Shown here: piece after piece, positions 1-8,087 of the stretch
Layout: the number at the start of each line of letters is the position of its first letter
Position numbering within the stretch: the first letter of the stretch is position 1
Source of the DNA: a bacterium
GTDB lineage: Bacteria > Hinthialibacterota > Hinthialibacteria > Hinthialibacterales > Hinthialibacteraceae
Length of the DNA: 25,723 nucleotides
Direction: 5' to 3'
Assembly: GCA_041946805.1 (NCBI GenBank)
Contig: JBHGBC010000084.1
Coordinates: forward strand, 1 to 25,723
Notes under the pieces: generated by a model
Seen by the model: only the letters and a program-made list of their open reading frames with translations
What the model was told of the DNA's origin: nothing
The model's database searches: none
Translations under genes and position numbers: made by a program

Positions 1-2
1 TC

Positions 3-692
3 CAGGGGCGGGAGGGGATGCCGCCGCAAAGCCTGGAGGCCGAACTTGAGTTTGGGACCGGTATCCTTCTGCTCAACCAGATTTTGGAAAAGAGGCAGCG
101 CGGCGTCCGCATCCAGCTCGCGCAGTAAGGCGGCGGCCTGCAACTGGTTGCCGAGGGATTTTTTGTTGGAGGCGAGATATTCGGACAAATAGGTCCGGGA
201 TTGTTACCCGCAGGCGCGGACGAGATACAGGGTGGGATAATCGGTATCCCGCGGGGGGCTGACTTTTTCGTTGTTGGACTGGATGTTGGTGGCGTAATGG
301 GATTCGGGATAAATACTTAAACTCACGTCGTCAAACGCCAAGGGAATTAATTCATGCAGGAGGAAATGGGCGTCGGCCAGATACAGAGCAGCTTTTTTGA
401 CGATCGCCGCGTGCAGGTTCTTCTCGGATTTTTTTTTCTCGAATTCTTCCTGAAAAAAACGCACCAATTCACCGCGCCGATCGGTCTGGATCCGTTCGGG
501 ATCGACCAGGAACGGTTTGATCACGGTTTCTTCATACAGGCGCGAAAGGCCATGTTGGGTGTCATCCCGCAACAAGGACTGATGGATGACATGGGGTTCA
601 GCCGACAAAACCGGGTGAAGAATGTCTGTCATCATGAAAAAAGCGCATGAACATTGGAATTGTATGAAAAAGAGAAATAAGTTGTATCTCAT
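3..692 (-). pseudogene. Hypothetical protein gene interrupted by an in-frame TAA at 204-206; runs off the left edge of the window
   Basis: ORF 204..692 ends at TAA, but the same frame stays open for 67 more codons to the window edge: ...LVRACG*QSRTYLSEYLASNKKSLGNQLQAAALLRELDADAALPLFQNLVEQKDTGPKLKFGLQALRRHPLPPL. The ATG at 692 lies 10 nt after the stop of the upstream gene. Confidence 0.6.
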
Positions 693-702
693 ACGATATT
701 TA

Positions 703-2133
703 TTATTTTAATTTAATTAAAATGCTTTTATTATCTTTGTAAATTATGTCATCAATTTTATTTGATTCAATCTGATGAATCGTTTTTGATAATCCTTTTG
801 CAGGCAATAATAGGTATTCTGTATTCAGGATTTTTAATTCTTCAATTATAAGTAAAATCTTTGTTGACGGAAACCTTCCTAGTTCGAGAACAGTCTCAGA
901 AAAGGGTTCGATCCGTGTGTCAGAAAATACCTTTGCCATTCCATTGGATCTCCAAATTACATATCCCGACCAATTCCAATCGCACCAAACATGACCTTCC
1001 AATTTGGCATTTCTCCAATAATTCATTGTTTCAACTGGAAATGATTCCTCGAGTGAGTATGCAGGATATTCAGGCCTTCCTCGTAATAAAGCGAATAATA
1101 TATACGCAAGAATAGTTATATTTATTGCAATGCGATTTTTCGTTTGCTTAAAATATTTCAAAAAAAGAAATCTGTGGTAATGCATCCCAAGAATTAAAGG
1201 AAAAACGGACAACCAAACAAACCGAAAATGGCAAAAACTTAGATATGCAGATATGAAACCAATAATCAACTCAGAAATACGTGGAACTATACAATTAAAT
1301 ACCGTTGTGCAAATCCCACAAATGAAAAATGAGAAAGAAATAAACCAAAATAAAAAATATATAAAATAATACCGTGGATATAATTTTAACCAATAAAACA
1401 AACTATACCAATCACCAGAGGGATACCGGACACCTTCAAGGGTTCTTAAAAATAGACGAATTGGATCTGGATTAATTAAACAGCATATAAGCGATAATAC
1501 AGCAATTTTTATCCATTTCGCATCACTATTTGACGAATAAAAGAACCTCGCAACTCGATCAATGATGGCAATAAATAAAAAGATTGTAAATATTATACAT
1601 TCTGGATGAACGTTAATCCATATCAATATAATCAAAGGGAAAAAGTATATTGGAATGTGGAAATATCCTAATTGCAATATAAAATCAAATACAGGCAAGG
1701 CAACCAATTCAGAAAGCAAATAAGGCCGGATTTCTCGAAAGCCGATTAAAATCATTGCCATGAATGCTGCAATAGCGCTCAAATCCAGTCTCTGGCATTG
1801 TTTCCTGACAATAAAATAGACAGTCAATGACCATACCGTGTGGGACATAATCCTTATTGTTTCCAAAAGGGGCATGCCTCCTAACTTAAAAAGCAAGTAG
1901 AGGATGCAATCACCTCCCCATGAATGAACTACCCATGAAGCGCCATTGGCTGTAAATGAATAATCATCGGGACTGGGCCATTTGTGATTTTCAAGGATAT
2001 CTTTTCCAATTTGCAGATGCCACCATAGATCTACACGTTCTGCGGGAATATGTAAGCTTAATAGTAAAATAAAAAAAATTGAATATATTATTATTTCTTT
2101 GTATTTTTCATGCCTATAATTAATGTCTTTCAT
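703..2133 (-). CDS. Polytopic membrane protein, GT-C-fold glycosyltransferase-like (STT3/AglB-like motifs)
   Basis: 476 aa with many hydrophobic segments. After TM1 comes the loop DLWWHLQIGKDILENHKWPSPDDYSFTANG, then an internal RP motif (REIRPY), and a C-terminal soluble domain GHVWCDWNWSGYVIW...VFSDTR. Very AT-rich DNA. Confidence 0.7.
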   Translation of the reverse strand: MKDINYRHEKYKEIIIYSIFFILLLSLHIPAERVDLWWHLQIGKDILENHKWPSPDDYSFTANGASWVVHSWGGDCILYLLFKLGGMPLLETIRIMSHTVWSLTVYFIVRKQCQRLDLSAIAAFMAMILIGFREIRPYLLSELVALPVFDFILQLGYFHIPIYFFPLIILIWINVHPECIIFTIFLFIAIIDRVARFFYSSNSDAKWIKIAVLSLICCLINPDPIRLFLRTLEGVRYPSGDWYSLFYWLKLYPRYYFIYFLFWFISFSFFICGICTTVFNCIVPRISELIIGFISAYLSFCHFRFVWLSVFPLILGMHYHRFLFLKYFKQTKNRIAINITILAYILFALLRGRPEYPAYSLEESFPVETMNYWRNAKLEGHVWCDWNWSGYVIWRSNGMAKVFSDTRIEPFSETVLELGRFPSTKILLIIEELKILNTEYLLLPAKGLSKTIHQIESNKIDDIIYKDNKSILIKLK

Positions 2134-2166
2134 AATATATAGTCAAATTATTTATTCTTTATTAAT

Positions 2167-2198
2167 GAGGGAGGCAATTTAGATACATTGCCTCCCTC
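2167..2198. promoter_or_regulatory. Perfect 12-bp stem-loop between the Cys-rich gene and the GT-C-like gene (attenuator or mRNA-stabilising hairpin)
   Basis: gagggaggcaat-ttagatac-attgcctccctc, 13 nt after the stop at 2212. There is no U-tract on the minus strand, so it is not a canonical terminator. Confidence 0.65.
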
Positions 2199-2211
2199 TT
2201 CCCATCATGTA

Positions 2212-2661
2212 TCAACATGTTTTCGTGGCAGTCAGTGGTGGATTACAAAGACGATTTACTGGTATAGTCCCAGCCCAATATCGTATTTCACACTGACCAT
2301 TTGTAGTATTGCATGGGTGCCTCATATAATCGACCCAAATGGTTCCACCAGGTGTGCAGATATTAACAGTACCACCTGGCGGTACAACAGTAATTGCTTC
2401 ACATACATCACCGGAGGAAGGAGAATTGGGGTAGGCCAAATCCACGCACCAATTGCATTTTCCTCCTCCTTGACACATGTACCATGATAAATAAAATGAC
2501 TGGTTATTATTTTTGTACACACAACCGTATTGATGACACCAACCATACGGAAGCGGGCAGGGTTGTCCTACGATATTATACGAAAATAGCATACCCACAG
2601 ACAAGACAAGCATGATTGATAAAATGCGCGATGAGAGAAATTGATGAAGTATTTTAATCAT
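2212..2661 (-). CDS. Small exported cysteine-rich protein (149 aa, 12 Cys)
   Basis: Start moved to ATG 2661, which follows a strong RBS (AAGAGGAGAAATAAA-ATG) and no longer overlaps the upstream gene. Hydrophobic N-terminus (RILSIMLVLSVGMLFSYNIVG), then a Cys/Gly/Pro-rich region ending in Cys. Confidence 0.8.
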   Translation of the reverse strand: MIKILHQFLSSRILSIMLVLSVGMLFSYNIVGQPCPLPYGWCHQYGCVYKNNNQSFYLSWYMCQGGGKCNWCVDLAYPNSPSSGDVCEAITVVPPGGTVNICTPGGTIWVDYMRHPCNTTNGQCEIRYWAGTIPVNRLCNPPLTATKTC

Positions 2662-2686
2662 TTTATTTCTCCTCTTATGATACTCT

Positions 2687-3508
2687 TTATTGTTTGCGCA
2701 CGTCGATAACAGGAATGTCCGGATCTTCGGGAATTCGAAATGGATCCTCCGCTCCTGCGTACATTTCCACGGATCCAATTTTGAACTCGTAGGAAATCTC
2801 CGGAAGATTAAAAATCACGGATGGCAGGGATTCATAACCACTGAAAAATTCAAAGCGCCTGGTTTCATTGGTTTGAAGCCATTTAAAACTTTTGTCGATC
2901 TCAACTACAAGCCCTTGATATGCCAATTGCCAGTGACTTCCGTTGTCAACCGGCTGAACTCTATTGTGCTTGATATCGTTCACATACTTCACAGCGTTGT
3001 TCGTATCAACTACCCAGGTGGTCAACCAGCCGGGCCAGGCAAATTCCTCTTGTTTAACATTCATAAAATGCGCATGCCGTAATAATCGTCCGCTATCCAC
3101 TTCTTCCACATGCATGTATTCTTCCTTGGGTGTGCGGATGTGGATTTCGTGATAATACACGATGGGAGGACCATCCGAAGTTGGCGTTCCGGGAAAGAAT
3201 CTTTGCGGCGCCATGCATTCCGAGCGGAAACTGGTGATCTTGCTCGAATCATCAATTTCGATCGTGGCCACGATGGGAAATTCAATCGTATGTCCTTTCT
3301 CGTAAACAATGCCCGCATTAACTTGTGTTTTAATGTCTTCAGCGAATCCCACGTTGCTTGTTTCTGGAGAAGCAAGCTGAGCTGCGAGGGGACTCTTAGG
3401 TTCCATGGTTTGTTTTACCATCAACTGGACGGTCAGGCGTTCCGCCCTCGCGTTTAACGCCATGAGTAATCCGAAACTCAGAACGAAATACATGAACCGG
3501 CTTTTCAT
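2687..3508 (-). CDS. Secreted hypothetical protein (273 aa)
   Basis: RBS AGGAG upstream; Sec signal peptide MKSRFMYFVLSFGLLMALNARA with an A-x-A cleavage site; no family recognised. Confidence 0.75.
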   Translation of the reverse strand: MKSRFMYFVLSFGLLMALNARAERLTVQLMVKQTMEPKSPLAAQLASPETSNVGFAEDIKTQVNAGIVYEKGHTIEFPIVATIEIDDSSKITSFRSECMAPQRFFPGTPTSDGPPIVYYHEIHIRTPKEEYMHVEEVDSGRLLRHAHFMNVKQEEFAWPGWLTTWVVDTNNAVKYVNDIKHNRVQPVDNGSHWQLAYQGLVVEIDKSFKWLQTNETRRFEFFSGYESLPSVIFNLPEISYEFKIGSVEMYAGAEDPFRIPEDPDIPVIDVRKQ

Positions 3509-3581
3509 TTTTTCTCTCCTTTCTTACATGATTGCACTTTTGCTGACAACCTAAATAGCTATATCCATTCTTTTCCTCCTT

Positions 3582-4622
3582 TCATTGCTCAAAATAAACC
3601 GGAATTGTTTTCAGCGGATGGTTCTTGAACGTCATTCGTAAATAAGCCAAGCGCAAGGACGATGGCAAACTCTCGATATCCGGAGGAAATATTTCCACAT
3701 ACGTTTCGCATTTAGAATCAGTAATCATTCTTGATTCCTGTTTGATCGGTAGAGATAGGGACACGGATTGAATGATGGCGTCCGAAACTTGTACCGGGTA
3801 TGTCGAAGATATGATAAATCGGATTGGATAAGGTTTCGGGTACTTGAAATGAACGACTTGAGGTAATTGTATGAATGTTGTGCTTTTTTCGTGGATGTAT
3901 AGTGGAATATTAATTTCGTAGTTCTCACCGCTCGAAGAGCCGGCAACCAAATGATAAGTATATTCACCATGCACCTTTTGATTTAATTTCCCCGCATCGA
4001 CGCGCACTCTTCCCCACAAAAAAGCTGGGGATCTTTCAGGCATATAGATAGAATCATCCACACCCTCATGCGCCTCGGCAACCGCTTCTTCCATTTTATT
4101 CAAAAATTCACTTGAATGAATACCTTCCCATTTGTAACGCAAATTTTGGACCATGAACCACGATTCATATAACGACTGCTTATCAACAATCTCGACAAGC
4201 ACAGCTCGCGGGAAAATATTAAACATTTTTTCTACATTCCCCTTGATGATTATTTCCTCTTGAAACGGCTCTACTTGATGATTCGATTTATACCGTAATA
4301 CGACTCGTTCGGTAAAAGGACCCTCGACAGATGGAACCTTGACTTTTACTTCCATTTCAAATGTAGCGCCTACAGGCAAAGAAGAAGGAATTGTATTAAC
4401 CGCCGTACAGGAACATGATGTGCTAACATTCAATTCTGTTGCCATCGATAGTCCAATATTTGTAACCAAGACCTTGGTTGTTTTCGTGGAACCCGGAATT
4501 GCGGAATTCATGACGATCACAGATGGATCAATCAAGAGATTGGGTGTACTCTCTCCGCATGAGGCAAAAAGAAATAAAGCTACTATAGGTCTGCTTATTT
4601 TAAGCCGGTTTCCAAAGTCCAT
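3582..4622 (-). CDS. DUF1573-type Ig-like domain lipoprotein
   Basis: Lipobox-like VALFLFASC near the N-terminus. VTNIG...VSTSCSCT...LPVGATFEMEVKV matches the DUF1573 N.G...SCxCT pattern. Confidence 0.7.
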   Translation of the reverse strand: MDFGNRLKISRPIVALFLFASCGESTPNLLIDPSVIVMNSAIPGSTKTTKVLVTNIGLSMATELNVSTSCSCTAVNTIPSSLPVGATFEMEVKVKVPSVEGPFTERVVLRYKSNHQVEPFQEEIIIKGNVEKMFNIFPRAVLVEIVDKQSLYESWFMVQNLRYKWEGIHSSEFLNKMEEAVAEAHEGVDDSIYMPERSPAFLWGRVRVDAGKLNQKVHGEYTYHLVAGSSSGENYEINIPLYIHEKSTTFIQLPQVVHFKYPKPYPIRFIISSTYPVQVSDAIIQSVSLSLPIKQESRMITDSKCETYVEIFPPDIESLPSSLRLAYLRMTFKNHPLKTIPVYFEQ

Positions 4623-4643
4623 GATAAATTTCTTCTTTTTTAT

Positions 4644-4855
4644 GGCTCATCCGGTAAGTGCGTACTTATTTCCGATCGCCGGTTCGCATCCCTTCGAAGT
4701 GATCGATGAATGCCACCCCCAAAATCCCCTCTTCCTCTGGGAGAGGGCTAGGGTGAGGTTTTTTTTTTGATAGAGGCGGACCTTGGTGTCCGCCCTCATC
4801 CCGGAGTGAATGAAATCGATTTTACCTCATTAGGTACGCACTTCCCGGATGAACC
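4644..4855. mobile_element. MITE, 212 bp, with 25-bp imperfect terminal inverted repeats and an 8-bp target-site duplication
   Basis: Left end ggctcatccggtaagtgcgtactta (4644-4668) matches the reverse complement of the right end (4831-4855), ggttcatccgggaagtgcgtaccta, at 22/25 positions. Both flanks read ttttttat (4636-4643 and 4856-4863). A second copy starts at 25647. Confidence 0.85.
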
Positions 4856-4899
4856 TTTTTTATTTTTAACTTCTATTATTTAAACACCCCACCCCCCTC

Positions 4900-5415
4900 C
4901 TATTCCTCATTATTTTTTAGAAATTGCCAGATTTTTTGCTTCCCGCAGTATAAAATGTTCCCCACGGACTTTTCCGGAATACCGAGAAGGGCAGCGATTT
5001 CGGCATACGATTTTTCCTGCAAGTAGAACAAAACGAATACCTTACGCTGATGGGGGGCCAGTATGGACAGGATTTTGGGGATATCCATCCTTTCGAGGCG
5101 GTGATACAGGGTGTGATCTTCCGCCTCTCCCGGAGGCGGATGTCCAAAAGGGATCTCCTTGCGCCGCGTGACGTGGTTGAGGCTCAAGTTTCTCACGACC
5201 CGGTGGAGATACGTTTGAAATTCCGCCGTTCGCGCGTAACGGCCCTCGGCCATGGCTTCCAGGATGCGCAGGAACGCCTCTTGGGCGAGATCCCGGGCCG
5301 CTTCCCGCTCCCGTGTAATTTGGTACGCCACGCCCACCGCGTATTGGACGTACTTTGCGTACCACTCTTCCAGCCATTCTTTCCCGTGGCGGTCGCAATA
5401 ATCCAGCTTCGCCAT
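4900..5415 (-). CDS. ECF (sigma-70 group 4) RNA polymerase sigma factor
   Basis: Region 2 (AARDLAQEAFLR...FQTYLHRVVRNLSLN) and region 4 (LAPHQRKVFVLFYLQEKSYAEIAALLGIPEKSV). ATG 5415 follows the RBS GGAGGG; the ORF-track start is 5481. Confidence 0.9.
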   Translation of the reverse strand: MAKLDYCDRHGKEWLEEWYAKYVQYAVGVAYQITREREAARDLAQEAFLRILEAMAEGRYARTAEFQTYLHRVVRNLSLNHVTRRKEIPFGHPPPGEAEDHTLYHRLERMDIPKILSILAPHQRKVFVLFYLQEKSYAEIAALLGIPEKSVGNILYCGKQKIWQFLKNNEE

Positions 5416-5548
5416 GAGAACCCTCCCTGTTGATGCCGGTCCCTGGTAAAAAGAATATCGTAAAATATATCTTTCTGACAAGAAATTATTGAAATTTTAA
5501 TTTAATGATTTATGTAAACTAAGCCATCTCAATCGCATCCCATACCAT

Positions 5549-5577
5549 AAAAAAGGCGCCTGGGTTGGGCGCCTTTT
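5549..5577 (-). terminator. Intrinsic terminator, possibly bidirectional, after the DUF4139 gene
   Basis: aaaaaa-ggcgcc-tgggttg-ggcgcc-tttt; on the minus strand the hairpin is followed by T6. Confidence 0.8.
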
Positions 5578-5611
5578 CATCCGATGGGGCTGAAAGGTAT
5601 TCGCGGGCCTG

Positions 5612-7243
5612 TCAGCTTCTCACGTACACACGATACACATACTCCAGCTTCTTCAGATTCTCCTTGCCCGGTTTCACCTCGAGTTTCCAGATCAGCCGCG
5701 AGGCGGGATTGACCGAGCGCAGGCCGCGCGCCAGGCGGACGATCTGGGGACCGCCCTCGCTTTTTTGCACCTCGCCGCTAAGGAGTTTGGTGATCTCGAG
5801 GGTCACCGGCTCGTCCTTGAAGTTGGTCACCGCCAGTTCGCCCTTCACGGTCACCAGGTCGTAATTGTTGCCGTAGAATTGCGTGCCGCCGCGCTGCCGC
5901 TCGATCTCGTATTCGTTGTGCTCGGCGCTGATGGAGAGCGCCTGGGTGATCTTGAGGTCCGTGGTGGCTTGATCGGGCGTGTATTCGATGGTGTCCTGGC
6001 CCAGGATGCGGCCGTTCTTCATGGTTACGGCGGGCGCGGTGGTCCAGGGCTTGCCCGTGGTGTTGGTCAGTTTCAGGGCGTGCCAGACCACCGGCTTGGG
6101 CGGTTCCATGGGTTGCTGCGGTTGGAACGGCGTGAATTCGTTGATGGTATCGGGAATCTCCCACGTGTAGAGATGCTCGTAGGGCACCTCGCCGGAGAAG
6201 AGGGGATAATACCCGCGCTCGCCCTTCTTGAGGGTCACGGCGGGGATCTTGTAGAAATACAGGTCCTCGTCGCCTTCGCCCATCACCGGGGTGAAGGGCA
6301 TGGAGGGCGCGTAATCGGCGCGCTGGGCCACGACGGCCATGTTGGAGAGCATCAGCGATTCCTGCCGGTCTTTTCCCATGCGCAACTGATCGAGAATCTG
6401 CTGCAAGGGGGCCAGCGAGAAGGTGCTGGGGGTGTCGCTGAACTGGATGTGGGGATAGCCGGTGATCAGTTCCAACTCCGTGTTGTCCAGCGGGACCAGG
6501 TCGTTCACCACGATCGCCTTGGCGGCCAGCGAAGCCTGGCCCTCGGCCGAAATGTCCACCACATAGCTGGGCGACCAGGCGATGCCCTTGGACAGGTAGG
6601 TCAGCGTCACGGGATTTTCCGCCTGCTCCGTTCCCTTGGGCGCGGCGTGGAAGTCCACCACGTTTTGGATGGTGGCGCGCTGAATGGCCATGCCCGGTTC
6701 CGGCTCCACGAAGCCGATGGCCTCGATCCAATGGAGGGGATAGGCCTGAATTTTCTCTTCCCGGTCGCGCAGGATCACGATCTCGCCCCGGCCGGGCGGG
6801 GGAGGCAGGGGCAACGAATCACGCAACAGAGGCTGAACCGGCTCCTCATGGGCTTTGGGGATATCGACAATGGTGTATTGGTCCCAGGTGTCCTTGATCC
6901 GCAACCGGACGGTCTTCCCGATATTGGCTTCCAGCAGGTCGGGGAGGCTGGCGGCGGGCAAGGTCCGCTCGACTTGGGCCTGCGAGGCTTTGATGTCTTC
7001 CAACGCCAGGTGATCCGGCCAGCTGATCCACACGCTGCCCAGCACCGCGTCCGGCAATGGCTTGATCCGGAACGCGCCCGAGGCTTCGGGCAGTTCCGCC
7101 CGGGACACCACCAGGCCGATGCCGTTTTTGAACAACGCGGCATATACGGGCTTGGAGTCGATGATCTTCGCCTCCCCGGCCCCCGCCGCCATGATTCCTA
7201 CACACATGAACAATACCCACGCCGTCATTCGTATCCGGAACAT
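5612..7243 (-). CDS. Secreted DUF4139/DUF4140-type protein
   Basis: 543 aa with a signal peptide. N-terminal ALFKNGIGLV, central LTYLSKGIAWSPSYVVD and EDLYFYKIPAVTLKKGE segments, and a C-terminal beta-rich region typical of this family. Confidence 0.75.
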   Translation of the reverse strand: MFRIRMTAWVLFMCVGIMAAGAGEAKIIDSKPVYAALFKNGIGLVVSRAELPEASGAFRIKPLPDAVLGSVWISWPDHLALEDIKASQAQVERTLPAASLPDLLEANIGKTVRLRIKDTWDQYTIVDIPKAHEEPVQPLLRDSLPLPPPPGRGEIVILRDREEKIQAYPLHWIEAIGFVEPEPGMAIQRATIQNVVDFHAAPKGTEQAENPVTLTYLSKGIAWSPSYVVDISAEGQASLAAKAIVVNDLVPLDNTELELITGYPHIQFSDTPSTFSLAPLQQILDQLRMGKDRQESLMLSNMAVVAQRADYAPSMPFTPVMGEGDEDLYFYKIPAVTLKKGERGYYPLFSGEVPYEHLYTWEIPDTINEFTPFQPQQPMEPPKPVVWHALKLTNTTGKPWTTAPAVTMKNGRILGQDTIEYTPDQATTDLKITQALSISAEHNEYEIERQRGGTQFYGNNYDLVTVKGELAVTNFKDEPVTLEITKLLSGEVQKSEGGPQIVRLARGLRSVNPASRLIWKLEVKPGKENLKKLEYVYRVYVRS

Positions 7244-7423
7244 ACTCTCGCGCCTCCTGAAAATTGGTTTGAATATGGTTATCGCTACTGTACATCCATG
7301 AAACGCCGCCCGGGATGAATCGGTTTATATGGCACCGGCGAGAAGATCCAAGAGGTATTATCGCATGGATTTGCCTTTTGTTTCTTGAAATCAGTGGGAA
7401 GACCGGATGCAATCCGTGGAATT

Positions 7424-7905
7424 CACCGCAGAACCGCGGAGGACGCGGAGGGCATGGAATTCAGGCCCTCAACCCCGGCCCCTCTTCCACGAAGGGAGTG
7501 GGGAGCCAAAGCGGGAGATCCTTGGTTTGCCGGATTGAACCCCGGAGGGCACGGAGGAAGGACAAGGTGGGGTGAGGTCATAAACGATTCGGGTGAGTTG
7601 GAAAGATCCGCCTGGTTATTATAAGCAGGAGCACGTTGCCATGGGCCCTTACAGCAGTGGGTGAACGTTCTTTGTGTAAAATCGGCGGGATATGGCGAAT
7701 GGATAGGTTTTCCCTCACCCCGGCCCTCTCCCAAAGGGAGGGGGAATGTAGAAGCGGGAAGTGATTGTCTGAATCAGGATAGCCAGGATGGACAAGATGA
7801 CCAGGAGGGAGATGGGTTACACGCTTCCCGCTAATCCATCCTGTATTCGCTTTTCCCTCTGACAATATTGTGATTTTCCGTGTCCTCCGGGATTTCCTCC
7901 ACGGC
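7424..7905. repeat. Intergenic mosaic of REP-like palindromes
   Basis: CCCTCACCC..CCCTCTCCC..GGGAG units at 7466-7503 and 7712-7744; cggaggacgcgg (~7437) with inverted partner ccgtgtcctccg (~7879); caggat/atcctg units at 7771-7845. Confidence 0.65.
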
Positions 7906-8087
7906 TCGTACCGCCAGCCAAATCACTCGGAATATTAGAACCAGCCCGATAACGAAGAAGTTGAAACCATCCCCCTGCTGTTCCTGAATTTAATTCGATT
8001 CTTTCCAGACAACTTTTTACAAAAGCCCGGGATGATCAGATCGTTTTTCGATACACTCACAATGAGACAGAGTGAAGGAGTAAGACC

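Noticed and set aside
2662..2778. N-terminal extension of the Cys-rich ORF shown in the ORF track
   Set aside because: It overlaps the upstream gene, and the RBS and signal-like sequence support the start at 2661.
5765..7318. 517-aa plus-strand ORF, and similar long antisense ORFs at 13358-14290, 15161-16759, 17123-18043, 21962-23143 and 23195-24421
   Set aside because: They shadow well-supported genes on the opposite strand. Stop codons are scarce in GC-rich antisense frames, and the translations show no recognisable motifs.
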